A stretch of 64,000 bases of DNA, from the NCBI GenBank assembly GCA_028698215.1, contig JAQVDY010000004.1, positions 481-64,480 on the forward strand. The letters run 5' to 3'. Position numbers and translations under genes: made by a program. The notes under the pieces are model-generated. The model searched no databases, was not told the origin of the DNA, and was given only the letters and a program-made list of their open reading frames with translations. This stretch comes from Actinomycetota bacterium (GTDB taxonomy: Bacteria > Actinomycetota > Humimicrobiia > Humimicrobiales > Humimicrobiaceae). How positions within the stretch are numbered: the stretch's first letter is position 1; each line of letters opens with the position of its first letter. Positions 9,767 through 21,245 of this stretch are shown piece after piece.

Positions 9767-10951
9767 GTGCCTATGTTTTATATGGCTTCTCCAGATGATA
9801 TTAAAAACGGTAAGGTAACTGACATTTATTTTAAGAGGTCCGAGACCATACTAAAATCACTAAACCGGGATGTAGAGGTGAAAGCAGAGGTTTTCTTAAA
9901 GAAATTACCCAACAATTATAGTTGGGGAGTGCTGTCAGGCATAGAGGAAAGCCTAAGGCTGCTGGCGGACAGCAAAAAAATTTCGGTAAGATGCATGCCG
10001 GAGGGTACCATATTTAAAGAATATGAGCCGGTAATGGTAATAGAAGGTAAATATTTAGACTTTGGCGTATTTGAAACAGCATTATTGGGTTTCTTATGCC
10101 AGAGCAGCGGTATTGCTACCAAGGCTGCCCGGTGTAAATTAGCGGCTCAGGGTAAACCTGTTTACAGTTTTGGGGCAAGAAGGGTGCATCCTGCCATTAC
10201 TCCCATGGTAGAAAGGTGTGCCTATATAGGAGGGGCAGAGGGGGTTTCCACTGTAATGGGAGCCCAGGTAACCGGTACTCAGCCGGTAGGAACCATGCCC
10301 CATGCCCTGATACTTATAGTGGGGGACACGGTAGAGGCTACCCGCGCTTTTGATGAAATTATCTCCCCCCAGGTAAACCGAATAGCATTGATTGATACTT
10401 TCCAGGATGAAAAGTTTGAAGCCATAAGGGTCTGCCAGGCTCTGGGAAACCATATTTACGCGCTAAGGCTGGATACCCCCGGCTCCAGGAAGGGTGACTT
10501 TTTAAAAATCCTGGAAGAAGTAAGGTGGGAACTGGACATAAGGGGGTTTGAGTCGGTAAAACTGGTAGTCAGCGGCGGCCTGGATGAAGCAGAAATTGCT
10601 CAGCTAGGTGCGGTAGCAGACTCCTTTGGGGTAGGAACTGCCATTTCTGGTGCCAGGGTACTGGATTTTTCTATGGATATAGTAGAGATAGAAGGCAAAC
10701 TGATAGCCAAAAGAGGGAAAATGTCTGGGGCCAAGAAAGTAATAAGGTGCCCCCAATGTTTTCAGGATAAGGTAGTGCTTGAACATACCGCTGCTCCAAA
10801 CATGAATTGTTCCCAATGTGGTTGCGCTTACCAGGAATTGTTTGTGGATGCTATTAAAGATGGTAAACTGGTAGCTGATTTACCCCCGGCATCCCAGATA
10901 AGGGAGAGGGTAATAAGACAGTTAAACGGAATGCAATGGCAAGGTGAATAG
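9767..10951 (+). CDS. pncB: Nicotinate phosphoribosyltransferase with C-terminal Cys knuckle
   Basis: TDIYF, FGARR, GTMPHAL (phospho-His), LIDTF, RLDTP, SGGL, FGVGT; C-terminal CPQC and CSQC. Confidence 0.92.
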   Translation: MPMFYMASPDDIKNGKVTDIYFKRSETILKSLNRDVEVKAEVFLKKLPNNYSWGVLSGIEESLRLLADSKKISVRCMPEGTIFKEYEPVMVIEGKYLDFGVFETALLGFLCQSSGIATKAARCKLAAQGKPVYSFGARRVHPAITPMVERCAYIGGAEGVSTVMGAQVTGTQPVGTMPHALILIVGDTVEATRAFDEIISPQVNRIALIDTFQDEKFEAIRVCQALGNHIYALRLDTPGSRKGDFLKILEEVRWELDIRGFESVKLVVSGGLDEAEIAQLGAVADSFGVGTAISGARVLDFSMDIVEIEGKLIAKRGKMSGAKKVIRCPQCFQDKVVLEHTAAPNMNCSQCGCAYQELFVDAIKDGKLVADLPPASQIRERVIRQLNGMQWQGE

Positions 10952-10953
10952 GT

Positions 10954-11625
10954 TTGGGAGTAAAGCTTTTCCTAATAAGGCACGGTCAGACATTATGGAA
11001 CCTGGAAGGAAAATACCAGGGTGACAGGGATATTGAACTAACTGGCCTGGGCATAAGGCAGGCAGGGCTGGCCCAGGAATACCTCCGAGATGTTGATTAC
11101 GCTAGTATTTACTCCAGTCCATTAAAAAGGGCTGTAGTTACCGCAGAAATCATTAATGCCGGCAGGGATAAAAAAATAATAATCCGCAATGACTTAAAGG
11201 AAATTGATTTCGGCCGGTGGGAAGGCCTGACCTTTGATCAGATAAATACTAGGTACCATAAGGATTACCAGGCCTGGCTGGAAGATCCCTATGCCAATGC
11301 CCCTACCGGGGGAGAAGATTTTACCAATCTTGTATCCAGGACATCCCAAGAAATAAACCGTATAGTGGCTGAAAACAAAGAGGGATCGGAAGTCATGATA
11401 TGTACCCATGGGGGAGTGATTGTAGCCCTGCTGGTATGGTGGCTTAAAGTACCACCAGAGAGGTGGAGATCACTTATCCAATACCAGGGGGCCATTAATA
11501 TAGTGGTCATTCACCAGGGTTTCCCCTATATATCCCAGATTAATTACAACGGACATTTGAATAAAACCTACTGCCATGAGCAAGACAAGGTAATAAATAT
11601 TTACAGCAAGTTAAAAGACGATTAG
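10954..11625 (+). CDS. Histidine phosphatase superfamily (CobC/PspA-like)
   Basis: RHGQT, SSPLKRA, EIDFGRWEG, THGG; TTG start. Confidence 0.88.
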   Translation: MGVKLFLIRHGQTLWNLEGKYQGDRDIELTGLGIRQAGLAQEYLRDVDYASIYSSPLKRAVVTAEIINAGRDKKIIIRNDLKEIDFGRWEGLTFDQINTRYHKDYQAWLEDPYANAPTGGEDFTNLVSRTSQEINRIVAENKEGSEVMICTHGGVIVALLVWWLKVPPERWRSLIQYQGAINIVVIHQGFPYISQINYNGHLNKTYCHEQDKVINIYSKLKDD

Positions 11626-11635
11626 GGAGATAGAT

Positions 11636-12508
11636 ATGAATGAAGAAGCCCAGGAAGTAATTTCAGGTAATCTAAGCCAAAACTTTTTGGACAATTGGCT
11701 CAATATAGCTATTGTTTTAGTTATACTGGTCATAGTGGTACTGATAGTAAAAGTAATATCCAATAAGATTAAAAGGATTTTTGAACAGCGTATCAGCAAT
11801 GAAAAGATGGAAATCAAGAAACGTACCTATACCTTTACCTCCGTATTGACCAACCTGATAATTGTGGGCAGTGTAGTAATTGCCATAATGATAATAGGCA
11901 TACAACTGGGAATCAATGTTACCCCCCTGCTGGCTGGAGCTGGAGTGGCAGGCATAGTAATTGGTTTCGGGGCCCAAAGCCTAATAAAAGATATAATAAA
12001 CGGAACCTTTATCCTATTTGAACAGTGGTTCCAGGTAAATGACATAGTTACCATAAACGATACTTCAGGCACTGTAGAAAAATTTAATTTAAGGACTACC
12101 GTCTTAAGGGATATTGAAGGGGTGGCCCATTATATTCCCAATGGGGAGATTAGTATTCTTAGTAACAGGACCCATATATGGTCGCGGGCCATGATAGAGG
12201 TAGGGGTTCATTACAAAGAAAGCACTGACCGGGTAATAGGTGTGCTGGAGCAGGTTTTTGATGAGCTTATGGCGGATAAAGAGTTTAGCTGTCACATATT
12301 GGAAAGGCCCCAAATACTAGGTAAGGGAGGAGTGGACAGCCTGGCCGATTCAGCAGTGATGTTTAAAATAATCTGTAAGGTGGTTCCCCCCAACCAGTGG
12401 GATATTGCCCGGCAGCTGCGAAAAAGAATTAAGGATAAGTTTGACCAGGAAGGCATAGAGATACCTTATCCCTGCAGGAATGTGTACATGAGGCAAGAAA
12501 AGCAGTAA
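11636..12508 (+). CDS. mscS: Small-conductance mechanosensitive channel (MscS/YbiO family)
   Basis: Three N-terminal TM segments; AGVAGIVIGFGAQSLIKD, GTVEKFNLRTT, IPNG, GIEIPYP. Confidence 0.9.
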   Translation: MNEEAQEVISGNLSQNFLDNWLNIAIVLVILVIVVLIVKVISNKIKRIFEQRISNEKMEIKKRTYTFTSVLTNLIIVGSVVIAIMIIGIQLGINVTPLLAGAGVAGIVIGFGAQSLIKDIINGTFILFEQWFQVNDIVTINDTSGTVEKFNLRTTVLRDIEGVAHYIPNGEISILSNRTHIWSRAMIEVGVHYKESTDRVIGVLEQVFDELMADKEFSCHILERPQILGKGGVDSLADSAVMFKIICKVVPPNQWDIARQLRKRIKDKFDQEGIEIPYPCRNVYMRQEKQ

Positions 12509-12532
12509 AAGTTATTGATAAAAACCCTTAAA

Positions 12533-12541
12533 TGTTATAAT
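12533..12541 (+). promoter_or_regulatory. Extended -10 promoter (TGnTATAAT) for the rpsF operon
   Basis: TGTTATAAT about 90 nt upstream of the rpsF start. Confidence 0.6.
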
Positions 12542-12568
12542 ATCCCTGTGGACAACAGAATATTTATA

Positions 12569-12625
12569 TTCTTCTGCCCTGGTCCAGAACCAGGGCCTAA
12601 TTAAAAAATTAGTCCATAGGAGGAA
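12569..12625 (+). ncRNA. Probable S6:S18 ribosomal protein autoregulatory leader
   Basis: Hairpins GCCCTGGT/ACCAGGGC (12576-12596) and CTAATT/AATTAG (12597-12612) are enclosed by TCTTCT, which can pair with the SD AGGAGG (12618-12623); the position matches the known S6:S18 leader; no Rfam scan was run. Confidence 0.5.
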
Positions 12626-12629
12626 ACAA

Positions 12630-12917
12630 TTGAGAAATTATGAACTTGCGCTGGTTTTTGATCCTTCCCTTGATGAACAGGGGATAGAGGATGAGCTTTC
12701 CAAGATTACCAAAATCATTGAAGAAGGCCAATCCAAGGTAGATGATATTGACAAATGGGGGATTAAAAAACTGGCTTATCCCATCAAAAAACAGGAAAAC
12801 GGCTTCTATTGTTTTGTCCATTTTCAAGCAGAAGGTGAACTTCTGGATGAATTGGACCGGGTAAACAGGATTAATGACATGATTCTGAGACACCTTATAA
12901 TCAAACTTGATCAATAA
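12630..12917 (+). CDS. rpsF: 30S ribosomal protein S6
   Basis: MRNYE, WGIKKLAYPIKK, ILRHLI; TTG start after AGGAGG. Confidence 0.97.
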   Translation: MRNYELALVFDPSLDEQGIEDELSKITKIIEEGQSKVDDIDKWGIKKLAYPIKKQENGFYCFVHFQAEGELLDELDRVNRINDMILRHLIIKLDQ

Positions 12918-12945
12918 TTATTTTAAACCATAAAGAGGGGAAATT

Positions 12946-13383
12946 ATGGCTTATGGAGTAAACAATGTTTCAATACTGGGAAACCTCACCAGGGATCCGG
13001 AGTTGAGGTTTACCCCCAACGGCACCCCTGTGGCTGCGTTTGGCATTGCGGTCAACCGCAGGTATCAGGATAAACAGTCAGGTGAATGGGTAGACGACCC
13101 TTCATTCTTTAATGTATCGGTATGGTTTAAACTGGCTGAAAATTGTGCCGAAAGCCTGTCCAAGGGAGACAGGGTGCTGGTATCTGGCCGGCTTAACCAA
13201 AGAAGCTGGGAAGCCAAAGATGGACAAAAAAGATCCACGGTGGAAATAGTGGCCGATGTGGTAGCACCCAGCCTGGAGTTTGCTTCCTGTAAAATTAACA
13301 GGAATGCCAGGGAAGAAGGCGGTTATCAAGCCAGCCAGACAGATGAAGAAGTTGATTTTACTGATGAAGACATACCGTTTTAA
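12946..13383 (+). CDS. ssb: Single-stranded DNA-binding protein
   Basis: GNLTRDPELRFTPNG, acidic tail DEDIPF. Confidence 0.97.
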   Translation: MAYGVNNVSILGNLTRDPELRFTPNGTPVAAFGIAVNRRYQDKQSGEWVDDPSFFNVSVWFKLAENCAESLSKGDRVLVSGRLNQRSWEAKDGQKRSTVEIVADVVAPSLEFASCKINRNAREEGGYQASQTDEEVDFTDEDIPF

Positions 13384-13413
13384 GGTTAAATTTTAAAGAA
13401 GGAGTGTTTTTAA

Positions 13414-13680
13414 TTGGCTAAGAAAAAAAGAAGAGATAGAAGAAGCGAATCATTATCAGCCCTTAATCTCAAACAGAGAAAGAGGTACTGTTATTTTTGT
13501 AAGGAAAATATAGAAGATATTGATTACAAGAATGTTAATGTATTAAGGAAGTTTATTTCTGATAAGGGTAAAATAAGGCCCAAGAGGTCCAGCGGAAATT
13601 GTGTTCAGCACCAGAGGAAAGTAGCTATTGCTATTAAAAGGGCCAGGGAGCTTGCCCTTTTACCATATTTTAAAAGATAG
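13414..13680 (+). CDS. rpsR: 30S ribosomal protein S18 (Zn-binding form)
   Basis: [27 protein letters not shown]. Confidence 0.97.
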   Translation: MAKKKRRDRRSESLSALNLKQRKRYCYFCKENIEDIDYKNVNVLRKFISDKGKIRPKRSSGNCVQHQRKVAIAIKRARELALLPYFKR

Positions 13681-13690
13681 GTAATCTTTA

Positions 13691-14665
13691 ATGTCCTTTG
13701 ATAATTTGAATAAACCAGCAGTAAAAAGGCCGAATTTATTTTTGCTGGCGCTGTTAACCTTTCTGGCTACAGGGGTTTCCCTGATGGTGCCCCTGGCCGG
13801 CGTGGTGGGAGGGGCCCTGATTCCTGTACCGGCTACTATTCTGGTTGTAACCGGAAGAAAAAGAGATGCGGCCATATGTGCGGGCCTTGGTTTGCTACCC
13901 GTATTGTTCCTAAATTATGCCATGTTTGCTGCATTGGCTGTTTTTTTGCTGGGTACTGCCTTTCTATACTATTGGCTGGAGCAAAAAAAGTTGATACCTT
14001 TAAAGTCAGTATTACTGATTTTTTCAGTATTGGCGGTTTCCCTTTTACTTTATCTAGGGCTTCTGATGGCCATAAACGGATCAGGTGTATGGGCTCAGTA
14101 TTTAGCAAATTACCGCGATTATGTAAGCAACCTGGCCAATGATCCGGCTATTGGAAGCTATGGCCGGCTGATAACTGCAGACGGCCAATTTGAACTGGTA
14201 ATAAGCCAAACCCAAAGGTTGTTGCTGTTTATCCCCAAAATTGCAGCGGGAATAATTTTAGCAGCTACATTCTTTACAGCAATAGTAAATTATGCCATTA
14301 GCGGTGCTGTATTGAGTAAATACGGAACCAATCTAAAGAGACTGCCCCCATTCGTAAGCTGGGATTTGCCCTGGAATATGGTTTGGGGACTTATAGCGGG
14401 GATTTTATTTTTGCTGATCCCTTCCTTTACCAGCCTGAACAGCGACTGGCTATATATATTAGGAACCAACCTGTTAATTGTGTTTGGTTTTGTATACCTG
14501 GTGTTGGGAATTTCTGTTTTATGGGGAATTTTTGAAAAATACAGGGTTCGGATGCTGTGGAGAGTTATTGTTTTGGTACTGTTGGTTTTTTCAGGTTTTT
14601 TATTCTTACTTCTGCTGTTGGGACTGACTGATGTCTGGGTTAATATAAGGAAATTAAAAAGATAA
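13691..14665 (+). CDS. yybS: YybS/DUF2232 family membrane protein
   Basis: Multi-pass hydrophobic protein ending LGLTDVWVNIRK; conserved position between rpsR and rplI. Confidence 0.75.
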   Translation: MSFDNLNKPAVKRPNLFLLALLTFLATGVSLMVPLAGVVGGALIPVPATILVVTGRKRDAAICAGLGLLPVLFLNYAMFAALAVFLLGTAFLYYWLEQKKLIPLKSVLLIFSVLAVSLLLYLGLLMAINGSGVWAQYLANYRDYVSNLANDPAIGSYGRLITADGQFELVISQTQRLLLFIPKIAAGIILAATFFTAIVNYAISGAVLSKYGTNLKRLPPFVSWDLPWNMVWGLIAGILFLLIPSFTSLNSDWLYILGTNLLIVFGFVYLVLGISVLWGIFEKYRVRMLWRVIVLVLLVFSGFLFLLLLLGLTDVWVNIRKLKR

Positions 14666-14694
14666 GAACTATTAATTACAATTAGGAGGAAAAG

Positions 14695-15294
14695 TTGAAG
14701 ATAATTCTTAAGAAATACCAGGAAAATTTAGGTGATGTTGGTGATATTGTAAAAGTTAAAGACGGTTATGCCAAAAATTATTTAATTCCTAATGATATAG
14801 CCCTGGAAGCAACCAGGGGCAATATAAAGCAGATGGAGCTGGTAAAAAAAGCAGTACAGAAGGTAGAAGCCAAAAATATTGCTGAAGCCCAAAAGCTGGC
14901 AGAACAAATAAAGGATATAGAAGTTACTTTTACGGTAAAGACCAGCGACGAGGGGAAACTTTACGGCTCTATTACCAATAAGGATATTGCCGAAAAGATA
15001 CTGGAAGATAAAAAAATAGAACTGGACCGGAAAAAAATTGCTTTAGAGGGTCATTTAAAAGAAATTGGCGATTATGATATAGAAGTTAAGCTTTACAGGG
15101 ATGTAAAATGCACCATAAAGGTTAAAATAGAAAGCGACAGGCCTTTAGAAGAGGTAAAACAGGAGGAATCCGGCCAAACCCAGACTAAACAGGACCAGGC
15201 CCAGACTGAGCCAGTTAAGGATAAACCAGAAGCAGAAGAAGGTCAGCCTGAGCAGGAGGGAGAACAGCCCGGGCAGGCCGAAGCACAAAAATAA
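14695..15294 (+). CDS. rplI: 50S ribosomal protein L9 with acidic C-terminal extension
   Basis: LGDVGDIVKVKDGYAKNYLIP, GKLYGSIT. Confidence 0.97.
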   Translation: MKIILKKYQENLGDVGDIVKVKDGYAKNYLIPNDIALEATRGNIKQMELVKKAVQKVEAKNIAEAQKLAEQIKDIEVTFTVKTSDEGKLYGSITNKDIAEKILEDKKIELDRKKIALEGHLKEIGDYDIEVKLYRDVKCTIKVKIESDRPLEEVKQEESGQTQTKQDQAQTEPVKDKPEAEEGQPEQEGEQPGQAEAQK

Positions 15295-16688
15295 TGGGTA
15301 ATACTAATCACAAAAGTAGATTATCCCCGATAGACACCTCTAAAATGGAGAGGATACCGCCCTACAATATTGAAGCAGAGGAGTCTCTGCTGGGAGCTAT
15401 GCTCATATCCAGGGAAGCTATAGGCCAGGTAATAGAAATAGTCATTCCCGGCTCTTTCTATCGTAAATCCAACCAGACGGTGTACCAGGCAATTATTGAG
15501 CTTTTTTCCAAAGGAGAACCTGTAGATCCCATAACCCTGGCCGACTGCCTGGAAAAGAAAGGACAGCTGGAGCAAGTAGGCGGAAAAACTTTTATTCATT
15601 CTCTAATCAGTAATGTTCCACTTGCTTCCAATGCCTCCTACTATGCCCAGATTGTAAACCATAACCATATATTGAGAAGACTTATATATGCAGCTACTGA
15701 AATTGCTACCATGGGTTACGAGGTTCCTGATAACCTTTCATCCACTATTGATAAGGCCCAGCAGCTGGTATTTTCTGTTTACCAGGATTACAACCAGGGT
15801 AAAGACAGCAGCCGTATATCGCCCATGAAGGATATTCTATCCGAGGTATATGAGCAGGTGGAAAAGCTGTATGAACATAAATCTGATATTATAGGCATAC
15901 CTACAGGCTTTATAGACCTGGATAAAAAGACCTCGGGACTTCAGAATTCAGACCTTATTGTAGTGGCGGCCAGGCCCGGTATGGGGAAAACCTCTTTTGC
16001 ACTTTGCCTGGCCAAGCATGTAGCCATGGAAGAAAAATATCCGGTAGCCATATTTTCCCTGGAGATGTCCAAGCATCAGATAGCACAGAGGCTGCTTTGT
16101 GCCGAGGCCAGAATTGATTTGCACCGATTAAGGAGCGGTAACCTCAGGGATGATGAATGGCCCAAGCTGGCCCGGTCTATAGAGAAGCTGGCGGAAAGCC
16201 AGTTATTCATAGATGACACTGCATTTCTTACCGTAATGGACTTGAGGTCCAGGGCCAGGATGCTGGTAAGCACCTATGGTATCAAGTTATTGATTGTAGA
16301 CTATCTGCAGCTTATGGGATCAGGCCTAAATTACAGGGATAACCGGGTACTGGAGATAACTGAAATTTCCCGTAACCTTAAAGGTATAGCCAAGGAATTA
16401 AATATTCCGGTAATAGCTATTTCCCAGCTTTCCAGGGAAGTGGAAAAAAGAGAAAGCAAAAGACCTGCCCTGGCAGATTTACGGGAATCGGGAGCCATTG
16501 AGCAGGATGCCGATATTGTAATATTTATATACCGGGATGAGTATTATGATGAGAAAAGCAAGGATCAGGGCATTGCTGAAATCAATATTGCCAAGCATAG
16601 GAACGGGCCTACTGCCAAGCTTAGCCTGAACTTTTATAAAGAATATGCACTTTTTAGAAATTTAACCAAGGTAAATGAGACTAATTAG
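15294..16688 (+). CDS. dnaB: Replicative DNA helicase (no intein)
   Basis: PPYNIEAE, AARPGMGKT, FSLEM, VDYLQLM, SQLSR, DLRESGAIEQDAD, KHRNGP. Confidence 0.97.
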   Translation: MGNTNHKSRLSPIDTSKMERIPPYNIEAEESLLGAMLISREAIGQVIEIVIPGSFYRKSNQTVYQAIIELFSKGEPVDPITLADCLEKKGQLEQVGGKTFIHSLISNVPLASNASYYAQIVNHNHILRRLIYAATEIATMGYEVPDNLSSTIDKAQQLVFSVYQDYNQGKDSSRISPMKDILSEVYEQVEKLYEHKSDIIGIPTGFIDLDKKTSGLQNSDLIVVAARPGMGKTSFALCLAKHVAMEEKYPVAIFSLEMSKHQIAQRLLCAEARIDLHRLRSGNLRDDEWPKLARSIEKLAESQLFIDDTAFLTVMDLRSRARMLVSTYGIKLLIVDYLQLMGSGLNYRDNRVLEITEISRNLKGIAKELNIPVIAISQLSREVEKRESKRPALADLRESGAIEQDADIVIFIYRDEYYDEKSKDQGIAEINIAKHRNGPTAKLSLNFYKEYALFRNLTKVNETN

Positions 16689-18020
<1,332 letters not shown>

Positions 18021-18028
18021 TCTTAGGA

Positions 18029-19312
18029 GTGTCTATGAATGTATTAATTATCGGCAGCGGAGGAAGGGAGCATTGCCTGGCCTGGAAAATCTCTCACAGT
18101 AGAATGGCCGGCCATATTTATGCGGCACCCGGCAATGCAGGCATGTCCGATGTAGCTGAATGTATTGATATAGGGATAAATGAATTTGAAGCCCTGGCTG
18201 ATTTTGCAGTCGGACACGAAGTAGGCCTTACTGTGGTGGGGCCTGAGGCTCCCTTAGTGGGGGGTATCGCCGATTATTTTAGGAAAAGAGGGCTGGATGT
18301 ATTCGGTCCGGGAAAAGAAGGAGCCCAACTGGAAGGCAGCAAGGTTTTTACTAGAAACCTGGCTCAAAAGTATGGTGTACCGGCAGCGGAAGGAAAAGTA
18401 TTTAGTGCAGAAGAATACAACGAAGCCAGGCAATATATTAAAAGCAGCAAAACCTACCCCCTGGTGCTTAAAGCCGATGGACTGGCTTTTGGCAAAGGGG
18501 TCATTATTGCTTCCGGGCGGGAACAGGCGTTGGATTGCTTGGATGATTTTTTTGTAGGACAAAAATTTGGACCAGCAGGAAACCAGATCATAGTGGAAAA
18601 TTTTTTAACCGGCTATGAAGTTTCCCTGCTCTGTTTTTATGACGGAAACAATATAGTACCTTTGGATTTGGCCCAGGATTATAAAAGAATCAAAGATAAT
18701 AACCAGGGAAAGAATACTGGAGGAATGGGAAGCTATAGTCCTGTACCCAAGGTAAATCAGGAACTCATGGAAAAAATAATGGATTCCATCATCGAACCCA
18801 CCTGCAGGGGCCTGCAGCAGGAGGGAATAGATTACAGGGGAATCCTCTATGCCGGCCTTATGATTTCAGAAGGTCGGCCCTATCTATTGGAATACAATTG
18901 CCGTTTTGGAGATCCTGAAACCCAGGCAGTACTGCCCCGGATGGAAGACGACCTGTTGCCCTGGCTGCTGGACTGTTCACAGGCTAAATTAAAAGATACC
19001 CCTATCCAGTGGAGCGATGAATCATGCGTTTGTGTAGTACTGGCTTCAGCCGGTTATCCTGAAACCTCGTCAAAGGGAGACATTATTAAGGGTTTGGAAA
19101 AACTGGCTGAAACTTCAAACATAATGGTTTTTCACGCAGGAACCGCTTTCCACCAAAACCACCTGGTAACCGATGGGGGAAGGGTTCTGGGAGTGGTCGG
19201 TAAAGCGGCCAGCTTTGAACAGGCCAGGCAAAACATTTATGCTGCTATCAAGAACATAGATTTTAGGGGAAAGCAGTTCAGGAAAGATATTGCTTTAAAT
19301 GTAGGGAGGTAA
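18029..19312 (+). CDS. purD: Phosphoribosylamine-glycine ligase
   Basis: [52 protein letters not shown]. Confidence 0.97.
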   Translation: MSMNVLIIGSGGREHCLAWKISHSRMAGHIYAAPGNAGMSDVAECIDIGINEFEALADFAVGHEVGLTVVGPEAPLVGGIADYFRKRGLDVFGPGKEGAQLEGSKVFTRNLAQKYGVPAAEGKVFSAEEYNEARQYIKSSKTYPLVLKADGLAFGKGVIIASGREQALDCLDDFFVGQKFGPAGNQIIVENFLTGYEVSLLCFYDGNNIVPLDLAQDYKRIKDNNQGKNTGGMGSYSPVPKVNQELMEKIMDSIIEPTCRGLQQEGIDYRGILYAGLMISEGRPYLLEYNCRFGDPETQAVLPRMEDDLLPWLLDCSQAKLKDTPIQWSDESCVCVVLASAGYPETSSKGDIIKGLEKLAETSNIMVFHAGTAFHQNHLVTDGGRVLGVVGKAASFEQARQNIYAAIKNIDFRGKQFRKDIALNVGR

Positions 19313-19316
19313 TCAA

Positions 19317-19778
19317 ATGAAGCCTGCAGTAGGTAAAGTAGCTATAGTTATGGGTTCAAGCTCAGATGAAGAAGTAATGAAACCAGCGGCCAATACTTTA
19401 AAAAAATTTGGTATAGAATATGATGTACACATATTATCCGCTCACCGTATGCCGCATAAGACCGCCTCATTTGCAGCAGAAGCTGGGGCCAAGGGGTACG
19501 AGGTAATAATAGCCGGAGCAGGGAAAGCGGCGCATCTGCCGGGGGTTATAGCCTCCCACACCACTCTTCCGGTAATAGGGGTTCCAGTTAGAACCTCTGA
19601 CTTGGGCGGCCTGGATTCTCTGCTGTCCATAGTCCAGATGCCTTCGGGAGTACCGGTGGCTACGGTAGCCATAAACGGCTCCAAAAATGCAGCCCTGCTG
19701 GCCATAGAGATTATGGCTTTAAAGTATGACAGCTTGAAGGAAAGCCTGGTTAGATTCAAATCAGACTTGGAATCATAG
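19317..19778 (+). CDS. purE: N5-carboxyaminoimidazole ribonucleotide mutase
   Basis: [41 protein letters not shown]. Confidence 0.97.
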   Translation: MKPAVGKVAIVMGSSSDEEVMKPAANTLKKFGIEYDVHILSAHRMPHKTASFAAEAGAKGYEVIIAGAGKAAHLPGVIASHTTLPVIGVPVRTSDLGGLDSLLSIVQMPSGVPVATVAINGSKNAALLAIEIMALKYDSLKESLVRFKSDLES

Positions 19779-19876
19779 AGTTTATTAAAAAAATATTAAA
19801 ATTTGCCTCTCCATCTGGTGTATATTTGTTATTTTGTTATTATTTTCTCAGATTCAAGCTAATTTAAGGATGGTTT

Positions 19877-20656
19877 ATGAGTGAGAAAATAAAGATAAAG
19901 GTAAATGGTTTCGGGTTCTTCTATGGCACCAACAAGATACTTTCAGGTATAGGTATGGGAATACAGGAAAAAACCATAACTGCCATAATCGGCCCTTCAG
20001 GATGCGGTAAGTCCACATTTTTAAGGTCTTTTAACCGCATGAATGACCTATTGGCCAAAACCAGGGTAGAGGGCCAGGTTTTAATAGACGATGTGGATAT
20101 ATACAGCAGTGAAATAGACGTAGTGGACCTCCGGAAAAGGGTGGGCATGGTTTTTCAGCGCCCTAATCCATTCCCTAAAACTATTTATGATAATGTGGCT
20201 TACGGGCTCAGGCTTCACGGCAGGTACAGCAAATCTGAGCTGGATCAAATAATTGAAATTAGTTTAAAGAAAGCCGCTTTATGGAATGAGGTCAAACATA
20301 AGTTAAATAAAAATGCTTTGGAGCTGTCCGGGGGCCAGCAGCAGAGATTATGCATAGCCAGGGTACTAGCCGTAGATTCTGAAATAATACTGATGGATGA
20401 GCCTGCTTCTGCCCTTGATCCTATATCTACCCAAAAAATAGAGGATTTAATAGATGAGCTTAAAGAGAATTATACCATCATTATAGTAACCCATAATATG
20501 CAGCAGGCGGCCAGGGTTTCCCAAAAAACTGCTTTTTTGCTTACTGAAGAAATTGGGCAGCCTGCTACATTGATAGAATTTGGGGATACTAATAAAATAT
20601 TTACCACTCCTGCCGACAAAAGAACTGAAAATTATATTACCGGACGGTTTGGCTAA
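19877..20656 (+). CDS. pstB: Phosphate ABC transporter ATP-binding subunit
   Basis: [51 protein letters not shown]. Confidence 0.95.
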   Translation: MSEKIKIKVNGFGFFYGTNKILSGIGMGIQEKTITAIIGPSGCGKSTFLRSFNRMNDLLAKTRVEGQVLIDDVDIYSSEIDVVDLRKRVGMVFQRPNPFPKTIYDNVAYGLRLHGRYSKSELDQIIEISLKKAALWNEVKHKLNKNALELSGGQQQRLCIARVLAVDSEIILMDEPASALDPISTQKIEDLIDELKENYTIIIVTHNMQQAARVSQKTAFLLTEEIGQPATLIEFGDTNKIFTTPADKRTENYITGRFG

Positions 20657-20673
20657 TTAAATATTCATAGGCT

Positions 20674-20702
20674 TTGACATCTTATATCCAATAAAATATA
20701 AT
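20674..20702 (+). promoter_or_regulatory. Consensus sigma70/sigmaA promoter for greA-lysS
   Basis: TTGACA-17 nt-TATAAT, perfect consensus. Confidence 0.85.
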
Positions 20703-20747
20703 ACCTCAATTAAATAACAGTTTATTTACAGTGGGAGTATATTCTAA

Positions 20748-21215
20748 ATGAAGGTTTACCGTTTAACCAGGGAAGGTCATGAGATGTTGCTTAATGAGCT
20801 GGATGACCTGATTAAGAATAAAAGGAAAGAAATTGCTGACCGTCTCAGGGATGCCAAGAAATCAGGTGGAGACCTTAGTGAGAATTCTGAATATGAATAT
20901 GCCAAGAATGAGCAGGCTTTTATAGAGGGCAGGATAGAGCAGATTAATGAGATTCTGCAAAACCATATTATCATAGATGAAGATAACGGTGGAACCCATG
21001 TAGACCTGGGATCCACAGTGGTAGTAAAAGATATGGGCAGCGGCAAGGAAAAACGGTATAAAGTAGTAAGTTCCATAGAATCTGATCCTGAAAAGAATAA
21101 AATATCTGATGAAAGTCCCATAGGAAGTTCTCTTCTTAACAAAAAAATTGGCGATGAAATCATTGTTAAGACCCCTCAGGACAAAAAGAAATTTAAGATA
21201 ATAGACATAGTCTAG
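20748..21215 (+). CDS. greA: Transcription elongation factor GreA
   Basis: LTREG, GDLSENSEYEYAK, EGRI, ISDESPIG. Confidence 0.96.
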   Translation: MKVYRLTREGHEMLLNELDDLIKNKRKEIADRLRDAKKSGGDLSENSEYEYAKNEQAFIEGRIEQINEILQNHIIIDEDNGGTHVDLGSTVVVKDMGSGKEKRYKVVSSIESDPEKNKISDESPIGSSLLNKKIGDEIIVKTPQDKKKFKIIDIV

Positions 21216-21245
21216 CCTTTAATTATTTAAACCGGTGGTAGTTAT

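Noticed and set aside
19826-19841. TTGTTATT direct repeat upstream of pstB as a Pho box
   Set aside because: Period is 8 nt rather than the 11 nt of Pho boxes; low-complexity AT context
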